64,000 bases of DNA, from positions 61,287 through 125,286 of the forward strand of contig JAXLVG010000001.1 in NCBI GenBank assembly GCA_046329115.1, given 5' to 3'. Made by a program: the position numbers and the translations under genes. The stretch is from Flavobacteriales bacterium. Its GTDB lineage: Bacteria > Bacteroidota > Bacteroidia > Flavobacteriales_F > PHOS-HE28. Under the pieces are notes generated by a model. The model did not search any database and was not told the origin of the DNA. It worked only from the letters and a program-made list of their open reading frames with translations. Every line of letters starts with the position of its first letter. Position 1 is the first letter of the stretch. Positions 52,466 to 62,603 of the stretch are shown here, piece by piece.

Positions 52466-52508
52466 AGTGACAATTGCCGAACCGCCAAGCGGTTTGTTGG
52501 CAATTCGC
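52466..52508. promoter_or_regulatory. inverted repeat / nested hairpin in the divergent ECF-sigma - mdh intergenic region
   Basis: caATTGCCgAACCGCcaaGCGGTTtgttGGCAATtc: outer arms AATTGCC/GGCAATT and an inner hairpin CCGC-caa-GCGG. Confidence 0.3.
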
Positions 52509-52556
52509 GGCCCGATCGTGGATAAGCCGCCCCGGGGCGGGGTGGTGCGGACCTAA

Positions 52557-53543
<987 letters not shown>

Positions 53544-53568
53544 GGCTGGTCCGAAGGCCCTGATCGAA

Positions 53569-53601
53569 GGCGCCCGCCATCCGGTGGGCGCCTTTGTCGT
53601 T
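53569..53601. terminator. bidirectional hairpin terminator between convergent mdh and DCC-family gene
   Basis: GGCGCCC-gccatccggt-GGGCGCC followed by TTTGTCGTT. Confidence 0.55.
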
Positions 53602-53963
53602 CAGGGCAGCTCGCACGCATCCTTCATCCCAAGGCGGTGCCTGTTGCGGGCCACCACATCGTAGCCCAGGTCGCGCAGGGGACGGGGGATGAGGCGAAGG
53701 GCCCATGCCGCCACCGTCCAGCGCGGCAGCACCATCAAGATCCGCCAGGCCGCGGCGCTTTTCACGTGCGCGCGGTCGCCTTGCACGAGCACCACGGAAT
53801 CGACATGGGCCGGTATCCCATATCTGTTGCGAAGTGCGCTCCCTTCCGCAGAGTCCAGCGCTGCGTAACGGAAATGTCCCCGCTTGTCACGGCGTCTGAT
53901 CCAGTTCACCCAGCCGTTGCAGTAGGCGCATGCGCCGTCGAACAGGACCACTGCCCCGGCCAT
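53601..53963 (-). CDS. DCC1-like thiol-disulfide oxidoreductase family protein (DUF393)
   Basis: Characteristic VLFDGACAYCNGWV (FDGxCxxC) motif. 120 aa. Confidence 0.7.
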   Translation of the reverse strand: MAGAVVLFDGACAYCNGWVNWIRRRDKRGHFRYAALDSAEGSALRNRYGIPAHVDSVVLVQGDRAHVKSAAAWRILMVLPRWTVAAWALRLIPRPLRDLGYDVVARNRHRLGMKDACELP

Positions 53964-53966
53964 GGC

Positions 53967-56233
53967 TTAACGCACCACCGCTAGGCGGCGCGTCCACCGG
54001 TCCGTGCCATTGCCCACCTCCACGTGGTACGCTCCTGGCGGCACCAGGCCCAGGTCCACCGTGGTGCGTTTGTCCATCAGGCGCTGCTGGGCCACCACGC
54101 GGCCCATGGCATCATACAACCGCCAATGCAGGCCTTTGGTCACGGGCATGTGCAGGGCCAGGGTCACTTCGGCGCTGGTCGGGTTCGGCATCAGGTCGAA
54201 GACCTCTTCGGCCGGTGTTCCGCTGTTCAGCACGGCCTGTGCGGCGATGTCGTTCCGCCAGAAGCTGAGCCCCCCGCGGAAGTTGCCGATCACCGCGTCC
54301 AGGTGCCCGTCGCTGTTCCAATCATACAGGGCCACGGCCGTGCGCATGCCCTCGCGCACCTCCTGCCAGGTACTGTCCACCAGCTCCCATGTGCCGCCCA
54401 GGTTCCCTTCGATGCCGGCGTAGTGGTGGATCCATCCGCTTTCGCTGCCCACCAGCAGTTCGCGCTCACCGGCGTCGTTCAGGAACATGCATGGGGTGCT
54501 GTACCCGGTGACGTTCCAGTATTCCGCCACATCCAGGCCGCCCACGGAGTCGTTCTCCAAATGCCACACCGGCGCTGCGCTGGTGCCCGCGTTGCGGTAA
54601 TGGTTGATGTTGCCGTTCCGCTCACCGATGAGCAGGTCCAGCAGCCCGTCCGCGTCCACATCGAACACTTGCGGGGCAGCGAACTGGCCCACATCGATCG
54701 GCTGGCCCTGGTCGTTGGCCACGGTGGGTTGCGCCAGTTGGAACTGGGCCACCGGCGTGCCCGAGGTGTTCTCGTAGTAGTGCAGCTTGCCCTGCAGGTC
54801 GCCGATGTACATGTCCTTGTCCCCGTCGCCGTCCATATCGCCGAAGGCCGGGTACATGGCGTTGCCGATGCCGCTGGTGCTCAGGTCCATGTAGTCCTCA
54901 TCCACCAGTTCGAACGCGGGTGATGTGGCGGAGCCCGTGTTCCGCAGCGCCGCCAGCTTGCAGGGGTAAAGGCCGCCTTCGGCGTAGTAGCCGTAGTTGG
55001 CCACCACCAGGTCCATCAGTCCGTCCCCGTCGATGTCGAACGGCACCGGGTACGCGCCTTCGCCCAGGTCCAGCATGCGGTCCTGGAACAGGTCGTTCTG
55101 CTGGAAGTCGAACACCGGAGCGGCGTCCGTGCCGGTGTTCCGGTAGTACCACACGCTGTGCGCGTTCTCGGAGAGCGAGGGGTAGTTCGGGGTGACGAGC
55201 AGGTCCCGTTTGCCGTCGTTGTTCACGTCCTCGTAGAACGGGGTGGGGAAGATGCTCAGCTCCACGGACTGGTCGTACACCGGGAACAGGCTGTCCTGGG
55301 CCACCATGATGGCACTGTCCAAGGTGCCGCCGTTGTAAAGGGCCAGCATGTTGCGGAAGAGCACATCGCCGATGAGCAGGTCCTTGTCCCCATCGCCGTC
55401 CAGGTCGATGGGGAGATTGGTACTCCCCACGTGTGCCCGGTCATCCGCGTCGGTCCCATGGCCACGCACCGCATCGGCCACGTCCCCGCCATCCTCCAGC
55501 GGAAGCTCCGGGTCCGGCACGTTGAAGTTGCACGGGTTGTTCAACTGCACACTGTTGTTGTTCAGGTTCTCGCTGAAGTACCCCCAGCAGCGGTTGCGCA
55601 CCTCGAACGTGAGGCTGTCGGCCGTGCCGTACAGTTCCATGCTCAGGTTCTTGTGGTACTCCATGTAGTTGCCGAAAATGCTGAAGGTGATCACGTCCAG
55701 GTCGCCATCCCCGTCGACGTCCTCGATCCCCGGGATGTCCACCTGAGTGATGTACAGGTTGGCCACGGTGGGCACATAGTTGCTGTTCACCAGGTCCTCC
55801 ACCTGTTCGAAGGAAAGGTCGCCGCCCGCGCTCGTATTCTTCCAGACCCCGGCACCGCCCAGCGTGTAGCTGAAGATGTCCTCCTTGCCGTCCCCGTTGT
55901 AGTCCCGCAGCAGGGTCCACTCCTGCAGCTCCCGGAACGGATAGGTGTCATCGTACGCCCGGGTGAAGCTGTAGCTCACCTGACCGGGCACCCCGTTGTT
56001 GAGCAGCGTGATGACCTTGTTGCCGGAACGGTCGAACAGGAGCAGATCCTTGTCCCCATCCCCATCCAGGTCGATGTCCGAGATGTGGGCGAAGTTGATG
56101 CCGCCGGCCCAGGCCATGGACAGCGGCTGGCCATTGCGCACCACGGGGATCGACGGGTCGAACGTGAGGGCCACCTGGCCAAAGAGCGCGCAGGCGAGCA
56201 GGATGGTCGCGGAGAAGGTGAGGGGTCGCAGCA
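53967..56233 (-). CDS. FG-GAP/VCBS-repeat protein with T9SS type-A CTD
   Basis: Start MLRPLTFSATILLACALFGQ (signal). Repeated D-x-D-G-D-G-x-x-D-L Ca-binding FG-GAP motifs (DIDLDGDGDKDLLL, DVDGDGDLDVI, DLDGDGDKDLLI, DIDGDGLMDLVV, DMDGDGDKDMYI, DVDADGLLDLLI). C-terminal CTD FDLMPNPTSAEVTLAL...YHVEVGNGTDRWTRRLAVVR. Confidence 0.8.
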
Positions 56234-56409
56234 TGGTTCCTGGTGGACGGCTTGGATCAGCGGTAGGAGCGACGAAAGTACCGCCCGTCAAGAAGGCCAA
56301 CCTTGACCAACGGCACACTTTGTACACCATCCGGGGCAGGCAAACACACGCCGGAACGGCTTGTGCCTTAGGCTGCGGCAATGGTTGAAGGCCGCACGGG
56401 GCATCCTTC

Positions 56410-56417
56410 TATATTTG
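56410..56417 (+). promoter_or_regulatory. putative -7 promoter element (TATATTTG) upstream of secDF
   Basis: Perfect match to the Bacteroidetes TAnnTTTG motif, about 67 nt upstream of the secDF ATG. Confidence 0.35.
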
Positions 56418-56483
56418 CCGCCCCCTCAACGGGAGGTGCCTTGACGCGCACGTTCCAAGGGTCACGAAACCAACTCATCCGTC

Positions 56484-59400
56484 ATGCAGAATCGTAGCGC
56501 GCTGTGGGTGTTCACCATCCTTCTGGCGATCGCGTGCTTGTGGCAGCTCTCGTTCTCCTTCTTCACCAAGCCATTGGAGCGCAAGGCCGCCCAGGAAGGC
56601 AGCATCATGGCGGATTCCGTGCTGGCCGTGGCCGGCAACGAGCGCCTCACGCGGGACAGCATCGCGCTGGTCTTTGAGAACAAGTACCTGCGCGAGCATG
56701 CCGAGGATGTGGTCTATCCGGTGTTCGGCTACACCTACAAGGAGTGCAAGGAGCGCGAGATCAACCAGGGTCTCGACCTGAAAGGCGGTATGGCCGTCAC
56801 CCTGGAGGTGAGCATCCCCGAGATGGTGGCCAACCTCAGCGGCAACAGCCAGGACCCTGCCTTCCTGCAGGCCATGGAGAACGCACGCGAGGCCCAGCGG
56901 TCCCGCTCGGACGATTTCATCACCCTGTTCGACGAGGAGTTCCGCAAGGTGGCCCCGAGCGCCAGCCTGGCGGCCATTTTCAGCAGCCAGGACAACCAGG
57001 CCCTGTTCCCACGGGAGAGCTCCAACGAGCAGGTTGTCACCATCCTGCGCGAACAGGCCCAGATCGCGCTGAACAACACGGAGAAGATCCTCCGCACCCG
57101 TATCGACAAATTCGGTGTGGCGCAGCCCAGCATCCAGAAGCAGGCGCTCAGCGGCCGCATCCAGATCGAACTGCCCGGTGTGAAGGACAAGGAGCGGGTG
57201 CGCAAGCTGCTCCAGAGCACGGCCAACCTGGAGTTCTACGAGACCTTCGACCGGAATGACGTGTTCCCCAAGCTGGGTGAGGCCAACACGCGCCTGAGCG
57301 CCCTGCTGCACCCCGATCTGGCACGGCTGGACAGCGCACGCAATGACAGCATCAAGCAGGTGCAGGCCGAACTGGACAGCCTGAAGAAGGGCATCCAGGA
57401 GAACACGGCCCTGGACAGCCTGCGCAAGATCGCGTTGATCGACTCCCTGGTGGCGGTCGACAGCACCCGCCGCGCCGAGAACCAGATGGATTCGCTGACG
57501 GCCCAGGCCGAGGCGGAGAAACGGATCCCCTTGTTCGGCGCCGGCCGCATCGAGATCAACCAGGCACAGGTGCGCGGCCAGCAGCACGTGGACGTGCTCG
57601 GCTACTGCCGCCCCACGGACACCGCCAAGGTGAACGGACTGTTGCGCCGTGTGCCCGTCCAAAGCCCGGACCCGAGCTTCGGCATCAAGCTGGCCTGGAG
57701 CGCCAAGAGCGAGCGCCTCACCAACGGTACCGAGTCGGCCGACTACCTCACGCTGCGCGCCCTGAAGATCCCCCGCGACGGCAAGCCTCGTATTGACGGT
57801 TCTGTGATCACCGACGCCCGCCAGGATTTCGACCTGAAAGGCGATGCGGAGGTGGCCATGCAGATGAACCAGGAAGGGGCCGTCATCTGGAAGCAGATGA
57901 CCGGCGAGAACGTGGGCAAGAACGTGGCCATCGTGCTGGATGAGCACGTGGTCTCGTCCCCCACGGTGATCGGCGAGATCCCCGGAGGCCGCAGCAGCAT
58001 CAGCATGGGCAGCGGCGACCGCAACCGCCAGATCGAGGAGGCCGGTGATCTGGCCAATATCCTCAAGGCCGGTGCGCTGCCCGCCCCGGCGCGCATCATC
58101 GACGAAACGGTGGTGGGTCCGACCTTGGGTGAAGCGAACGTGCAAGGTGGCCTGATCAGCTTCGCCATCTCGCTTGTATGCGTCCTGCTCATCATGGTGG
58201 CCTACTATGCCCGGGCAGGTTGGGTGGCCGATATCGCCCTGTTGGCGAACGCCTTCATCCTGCTTGGTTGCATGGCCAGTTTGCAGGCCACGCTCACCCT
58301 GCCCGGCATTGCCGGTATCGTGTTGACGATCGGTATGGCGGTGGACGCCAACGTGCTCATCAACGAGAGCGTTCGCGAGCAACTGAAGCAAGGTCGCGTG
58401 CTGAAGTCCGCCGTGGACAATGCCTACAAGTTCCAAGGGGCACTTTCCGCCATCGTCGATTCCAACATCACCACCTTCGTCACGGGTGTGATCCTGTTCT
58501 ACTTCGGCAGCGGTCCGATCAAGGGCTTTGCCACCACGCTGATGATCGGGATCCTATCCTCCCTGTTCACGGCGATCTATGTCAGCCGCCTGATCATGTC
58601 CAGCCGCCTGGACAAGAACAAACCCATCTCGTTCTGGATGGATTGGAGCCGGAACATCTTCGATGGCGCCAACTACGACTTCATGAGCAAGCGGAAGGTG
58701 TTCTACGTGGTGAGCGCGCTGGTCATCGGCGCCGGGGTTGCGTCCATGTTCACCCGTGGGTTCAACCTGGGTGTGGACTTCACCGGAGGGCGTTCGTACG
58801 TGGTCCGGTTCCAGGAGCCGGTGGAAGTTGAGCAGGTGCGCGTCCACCTGGAGCCGTTGCTCTTCGAGGAAGGCCGCCAGTACACCGTCGGTGTGAAGAC
58901 CTATGGTGGGGACCGTCAGATCAAGCTGACCACCAACTACCTCATCGACGAGCCCCAGCGCGGAACGGATCAGGTCGTTGACGACCGGGTGAAGGAAGGT
59001 CTTACCAAGTACGGTGCGTTCCAGATCCTGGAGTCCAGGAAGGTGGATGCCACCATCAGCGACGATATCAAGACGAAGGCGTTCACGGCCGTGTTCTTGG
59101 CGCTCGTTTTCATGTTCGGCTACATCGCCGTGCGCTTCAACAACTGGCGCTTCGGTGCCGGTGCGTTGTTGAGCCTGGTGCACGACACCTTGTTCGTTCT
59201 TGGCCTCTACTCACTGCTCTGGGGTGTGGTCGGCTTCTCCTTGGAGATCGATGAGGGTTTCATCGCCGTCATCCTGACCGTGATCGGTTACTCGATCAAC
59301 GATACCGTGGTGGTGTTCGACCGCATCCGGGAGTATCTGCGCGAGCATCGCCGCGAGCCGATGGTCACGGTCTTCAACAAGGCCATCAACAGCACCTTGA

Positions 59401-59615
59401 GCCGCACGCTCAACACGGGTGTATGCACCATGCTGGTGCTCATCATCATCTTCGCCTTCGGCGGGGTGAGCATCAAAGGATTCGTGTTCGGTCTGTTCGC
59501 AGGCATCCTGACAGGTACCTACAGTTCCATCTTCGTGGCGAGCGCTGCGGCGGTCGATCTGTACAAGGGCATCGATCAGTCGGTGTCCAGCACCAAGGAG
59601 ACGGCCGTGGCCTGA
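56484..59615 (+). CDS. secDF: fused protein-export membrane protein SecDF
   Basis: 1043 aa. SecD periplasmic domain and TM bundle, followed by SecF TM bundle (conserved GIAGIVLTIGMAVDANVLI, FGGVSIKGFVFGLFAGILTGTYSSIFVAS). Confidence 0.9.
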   Translation: MQNRSALWVFTILLAIACLWQLSFSFFTKPLERKAAQEGSIMADSVLAVAGNERLTRDSIALVFENKYLREHAEDVVYPVFGYTYKECKEREINQGLDLKGGMAVTLEVSIPEMVANLSGNSQDPAFLQAMENAREAQRSRSDDFITLFDEEFRKVAPSASLAAIFSSQDNQALFPRESSNEQVVTILREQAQIALNNTEKILRTRIDKFGVAQPSIQKQALSGRIQIELPGVKDKERVRKLLQSTANLEFYETFDRNDVFPKLGEANTRLSALLHPDLARLDSARNDSIKQVQAELDSLKKGIQENTALDSLRKIALIDSLVAVDSTRRAENQMDSLTAQAEAEKRIPLFGAGRIEINQAQVRGQQHVDVLGYCRPTDTAKVNGLLRRVPVQSPDPSFGIKLAWSAKSERLTNGTESADYLTLRALKIPRDGKPRIDGSVITDARQDFDLKGDAEVAMQMNQEGAVIWKQMTGENVGKNVAIVLDEHVVSSPTVIGEIPGGRSSISMGSGDRNRQIEEAGDLANILKAGALPAPARIIDETVVGPTLGEANVQGGLISFAISLVCVLLIMVAYYARAGWVADIALLANAFILLGCMASLQATLTLPGIAGIVLTIGMAVDANVLINESVREQLKQGRVLKSAVDNAYKFQGALSAIVDSNITTFVTGVILFYFGSGPIKGFATTLMIGILSSLFTAIYVSRLIMSSRLDKNKPISFWMDWSRNIFDGANYDFMSKRKVFYVVSALVIGAGVASMFTRGFNLGVDFTGGRSYVVRFQEPVEVEQVRVHLEPLLFEEGRQYTVGVKTYGGDRQIKLTTNYLIDEPQRGTDQVVDDRVKEGLTKYGAFQILESRKVDATISDDIKTKAFTAVFLALVFMFGYIAVRFNNWRFGAGALLSLVHDTLFVLGLYSLLWGVVGFSLEIDEGFIAVILTVIGYSINDTVVVFDRIREYLREHRREPMVTVFNKAINSTLSRTLNTGVCTMLVLIIIFAFGGVSIKGFVFGLFAGILTGTYSSIFVASAAAVDLYKGIDQSVSSTKETAVA

Positions 59616-59634
59616 TCACAGCGCAAGCAACTGC

Positions 59635-59664
59635 GAAGCCCCGCCTTGGCGGGGCTTCGTCGTT
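59635..59664 (+). terminator. hairpin after secDF
   Basis: GAAGCCCCGCC-ttg-GCGGGGCTTC followed by GTCGTT (weak U-tract). Confidence 0.4.
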
Positions 59665-59696
59665 CAGGGCATCGCCCCGGCCTACCTTCGCCCGCG

Positions 59697-60038
59697 ATGG
59701 GCCACCTGCTCCTGTTCGATATCAGCGGCGGCGAATTGCTGTTGATCATGCTGGTGGTGCTGCTCTTCTTCGGCAGCAAGGGCCTCCCCGGCATCGCCCG
59801 CACGTTGGGACGGGCCATGCGCCAGGTGCAGGACGCCAGCGCTGAGGTTCAACGCGAGATCCAGCGGGGCGCCACCGAGGTGCGTCAGGGCTACGAGGAC
59901 CACCGCCGTTCGCTGGTGGGCGATGTGTCGAGCACGACTCCGCGCCGCCCGCCCGTGGAGCCCCCCGCAGAAGCGCCAGCACCGGAGCCGCCGCCCCCCC
60001 CGCCCGGACCGCCAGGGGCCATACCCCGGAACGACTGA
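59697..60038 (+). CDS. tatA: twin-arginine translocase subunit TatA/E with Pro-rich C-terminal tail
   Basis: MGHLLLFDISGGELLLIMLVVLLFFGSKGLPGIARTLGRAMRQ matches the TatA TM-plus-amphipathic-helix signature (FG..KLP). The tail is PPVEPPAEAPAPEPPPPPPGPPG. Confidence 0.75.
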   Translation: MGHLLLFDISGGELLLIMLVVLLFFGSKGLPGIARTLGRAMRQVQDASAEVQREIQRGATEVRQGYEDHRRSLVGDVSSTTPRRPPVEPPAEAPAPEPPPPPPGPPGAIPRND

Positions 60039-60057
60039 GGTCCCCTGGGCCGATGAG

Positions 60058-60088
60058 GGAGCCTTCCGTTGAGGAAGGCTTTTTTCGT
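60058..60088 (+). terminator. rho-independent terminator after tatA
   Basis: AGCCTTCC-gttga-GGAAGGCT followed by TTTTTTCG. Confidence 0.6.
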
Positions 60089-60191
60089 TGTGCCCCCTCT
60101 TTTCAATGGGTGTTCGGAAAGAAATAGGTTACTTTTTTAGTCTTACCCCCCTCAGATCAGGTACCTTCGCCCCGCGAAACACACTTTTTAC

Positions 60192-62384
60192 ATGTCCACC
60201 CCCCATCTACGCTCCAAGGCCCAGGAGGATGTGCTCAACCGTGAGCCCAAGCCGGTCGAACCGCCCAGCATGCGCATCAGCGAGTACTTCGGCGCCAACG
60301 TCTTCGGCGAGGAGGCCATGCGCATGTTCCTCACCGAGGAGGCCTACTTCGCGGTGCGCCAGGCGATGACCCACGGCACCCGGATCGACCGCAAGCTCGC
60401 CGACCAGGTGGCCAGCGGGATGAAGGAATGGGCCGCCAGCAAGGGGGCCACGCACTACACCCACTGGTTCCAGCCCCTCACCGGCACCAGCGCCGAGAAG
60501 CACGATGCCTTCTTCGAGCCGATCGGCAACGGCCGCAGCATCGAGCGCTTCGATGGCAGCATGCTCGTGCAGCAGGAGCCCGATGCCAGCAGCTTCCCCA
60601 GCGGCGGCATCCGCAACACCTTCGAGGCCCGCGGTTACAGCGCGTGGGACCCGGGCAGCCCGGCCTTCCTCCTGGGGCGCACCCTCTGCATCCCCAGCAT
60701 CTTCATCAGCTACACCGGTGAGGCGCTCGACCACAAGATGCCCCTGCTCCGCGCCATCAAGGCCGTGGACGAGGCCGCCACGCCCATCTGCCAGTGGTTC
60801 GACAAGGATGTCTCCAAGGTGACCTGCACCCTGGGCTGGGAGCAGGAGTACTTCCTGATCGACGAGGCCCACTACTACGCCCGTCCGGACATCATGATGA
60901 CCGGTCGCGCCCTGTTCGGCCACAGCCCCGCCAAGGGCCAGCAGTTGGAGGACCACTACTTCGGCAGCATCCCCGAGCGGGCACAGGCCTTCATGCGCGA
61001 CTTCGAGACCGAGTCCCTGAAGCTTGGCATCCCGGTGAAGACCCGCCACAACGAGGTGGCCCCCAACCAGTTCGAGTGCGCCCCGGTGTTCGAGGAGCTC
61101 AACCTGGCGGTGGACCACAACATGCTGCTGATGGACGTGATGGAGAAGACCGCGCGCAAGCACCACTTCCGCGTGCTCTTCCACGAGAAGCCCTACGCCG
61201 GTGTGAACGGCAGCGGCAAGCACAACAACTGGAGCCTGGCCACCAACACGGGCCGGAACCTGCTGCGCCCGGCCAAGACGCCGAAGGAGAACATGCAGTT
61301 CCTCACCTTCTTCGTCAACACCATCGCGGCCATCAACACCCACGCCGATGTGCTGCGCGCCAGCATCGCCAGCGCCAGCAACGACCATCGCCTGGGCGCG
61401 AACGAAGCCCCGCCGGCCATCATCAGCACCTTCATCGGCGAGCACCTCAGCAAGCTGCTCGATGAGCTGGAGAAGAACGTGAAGAGCACCATGAGCCCGG
61501 CGCTGAAGACCGAGCTCAAGCTCGACATCGGCCGCATTCCCCCGGTGATGCTTGACAACACGGACCGCAACCGGACGAGCCCCTTCGCCTTCACCGGCAA
61601 CAAGTTCGAGTTCCGCGCCGTGGGCAGCAGCGCCAATTGCGCCGGGGCCATGACCGTGCTGAACACCATCGTGGCGCAGCAACTTGTGGCCTTCCGCAAG
61701 AGCGTGGAAGCGCTGGAGGACAAGGGGACCAAGCGCGATGAGGCCATCCTGCGGGTGCTGCGCGACCTGATCGTGGAGAGCAAGCGCATCCGCTTCGAGG
61801 GCAACGGCTACAGTGACGCGTGGAAGGCCGAGGCGAAGAAGCGTGGCCTCAGCAACATCCCCGACACCCCGCGCGCATTGGACGTGTGGAGCCGCAAGGA
61901 GACCAAGAAGCTCTTCGCGGACATGGGCGTGCTGAGCGAGGTGGAGCTGGACGCCCGCCACGAGATCGAACTGCACAGCTACATGCTGAAGGTGCAGATC
62001 GAGAGCCGTGTGGCCGGCGACCTGGCCCAGAACCACATCGTGCCCACCGCCATCACGTACCAGAACCGCTTGATCGAGAACGTGAAGGGCCTGCGCGAGG
62101 TGCTGGGGGCCGAGAAGGCGAAGAAGGCCACCACCGCCCAGGTCGCCCTGGTCGAGGAGATCAGCGAGCACATCGGCAAGATCATCACCCTGGTGGACGC
62201 CATGATCGAAGCCCGCAAAAAGGCCAACACCATCGAGGATGCGCGCGAAAAGGCCATCGCTTACTGCGACAAGGTGAAGCCCTACCTGGACCAGATCCGT
62301 TACCACAGCGACAAGCTGGAACTGCTGGTGGACGATGAACTCTGGCCCCTGCCGAAGCTGCGCGAGCTCCTGTTCACGCGCTGA
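60192..62384 (+). CDS. glnA: glutamine synthetase type III
   Basis: 730 aa. GSIII-specific N-terminal domain (MRISEYFGANVFGEEAMRMFLTEEAYF) and catalytic domain (HYTHWFQPLTG, NGSGKHNNWS). Confidence 0.9.
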   Translation: MSTPHLRSKAQEDVLNREPKPVEPPSMRISEYFGANVFGEEAMRMFLTEEAYFAVRQAMTHGTRIDRKLADQVASGMKEWAASKGATHYTHWFQPLTGTSAEKHDAFFEPIGNGRSIERFDGSMLVQQEPDASSFPSGGIRNTFEARGYSAWDPGSPAFLLGRTLCIPSIFISYTGEALDHKMPLLRAIKAVDEAATPICQWFDKDVSKVTCTLGWEQEYFLIDEAHYYARPDIMMTGRALFGHSPAKGQQLEDHYFGSIPERAQAFMRDFETESLKLGIPVKTRHNEVAPNQFECAPVFEELNLAVDHNMLLMDVMEKTARKHHFRVLFHEKPYAGVNGSGKHNNWSLATNTGRNLLRPAKTPKENMQFLTFFVNTIAAINTHADVLRASIASASNDHRLGANEAPPAIISTFIGEHLSKLLDELEKNVKSTMSPALKTELKLDIGRIPPVMLDNTDRNRTSPFAFTGNKFEFRAVGSSANCAGAMTVLNTIVAQQLVAFRKSVEALEDKGTKRDEAILRVLRDLIVESKRIRFEGNGYSDAWKAEAKKRGLSNIPDTPRALDVWSRKETKKLFADMGVLSEVELDARHEIELHSYMLKVQIESRVAGDLAQNHIVPTAITYQNRLIENVKGLREVLGAEKAKKATTAQVALVEEISEHIGKIITLVDAMIEARKKANTIEDAREKAIAYCDKVKPYLDQIRYHSDKLELLVDDELWPLPKLRELLFTR

Positions 62385-62603
62385 GGACGCCTTCCTGAAC
62401 ACGGGCCGGTGTGGACGGTTGATCCTGTCCGCCCGGCCCGTGCCCTTTTCAGTTCCGTTGGCCAGTAGGCGCTCCGGATGCCAGGGGGGTCACCTTTGGC
62501 GTGGTCCGGCCATCAACCCCGGTCCTCGGAAGCAGTTGCGGGTCGGCTGCTCATAAGGGACTTTGTTTACATTCGCCCGGCCCCAATAACCTGAAACCGG
62601 ACC

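Noticed and set aside
62400-62450. Possible terminator hairpin after glnA (GGGCCGG...CCGGCCC with a large loop, then CCTTTTCAG)
   Set aside because: The stem-loop is irregular with a loop of about 23 nt and the U-tract is weak, so it was not called as a feature.
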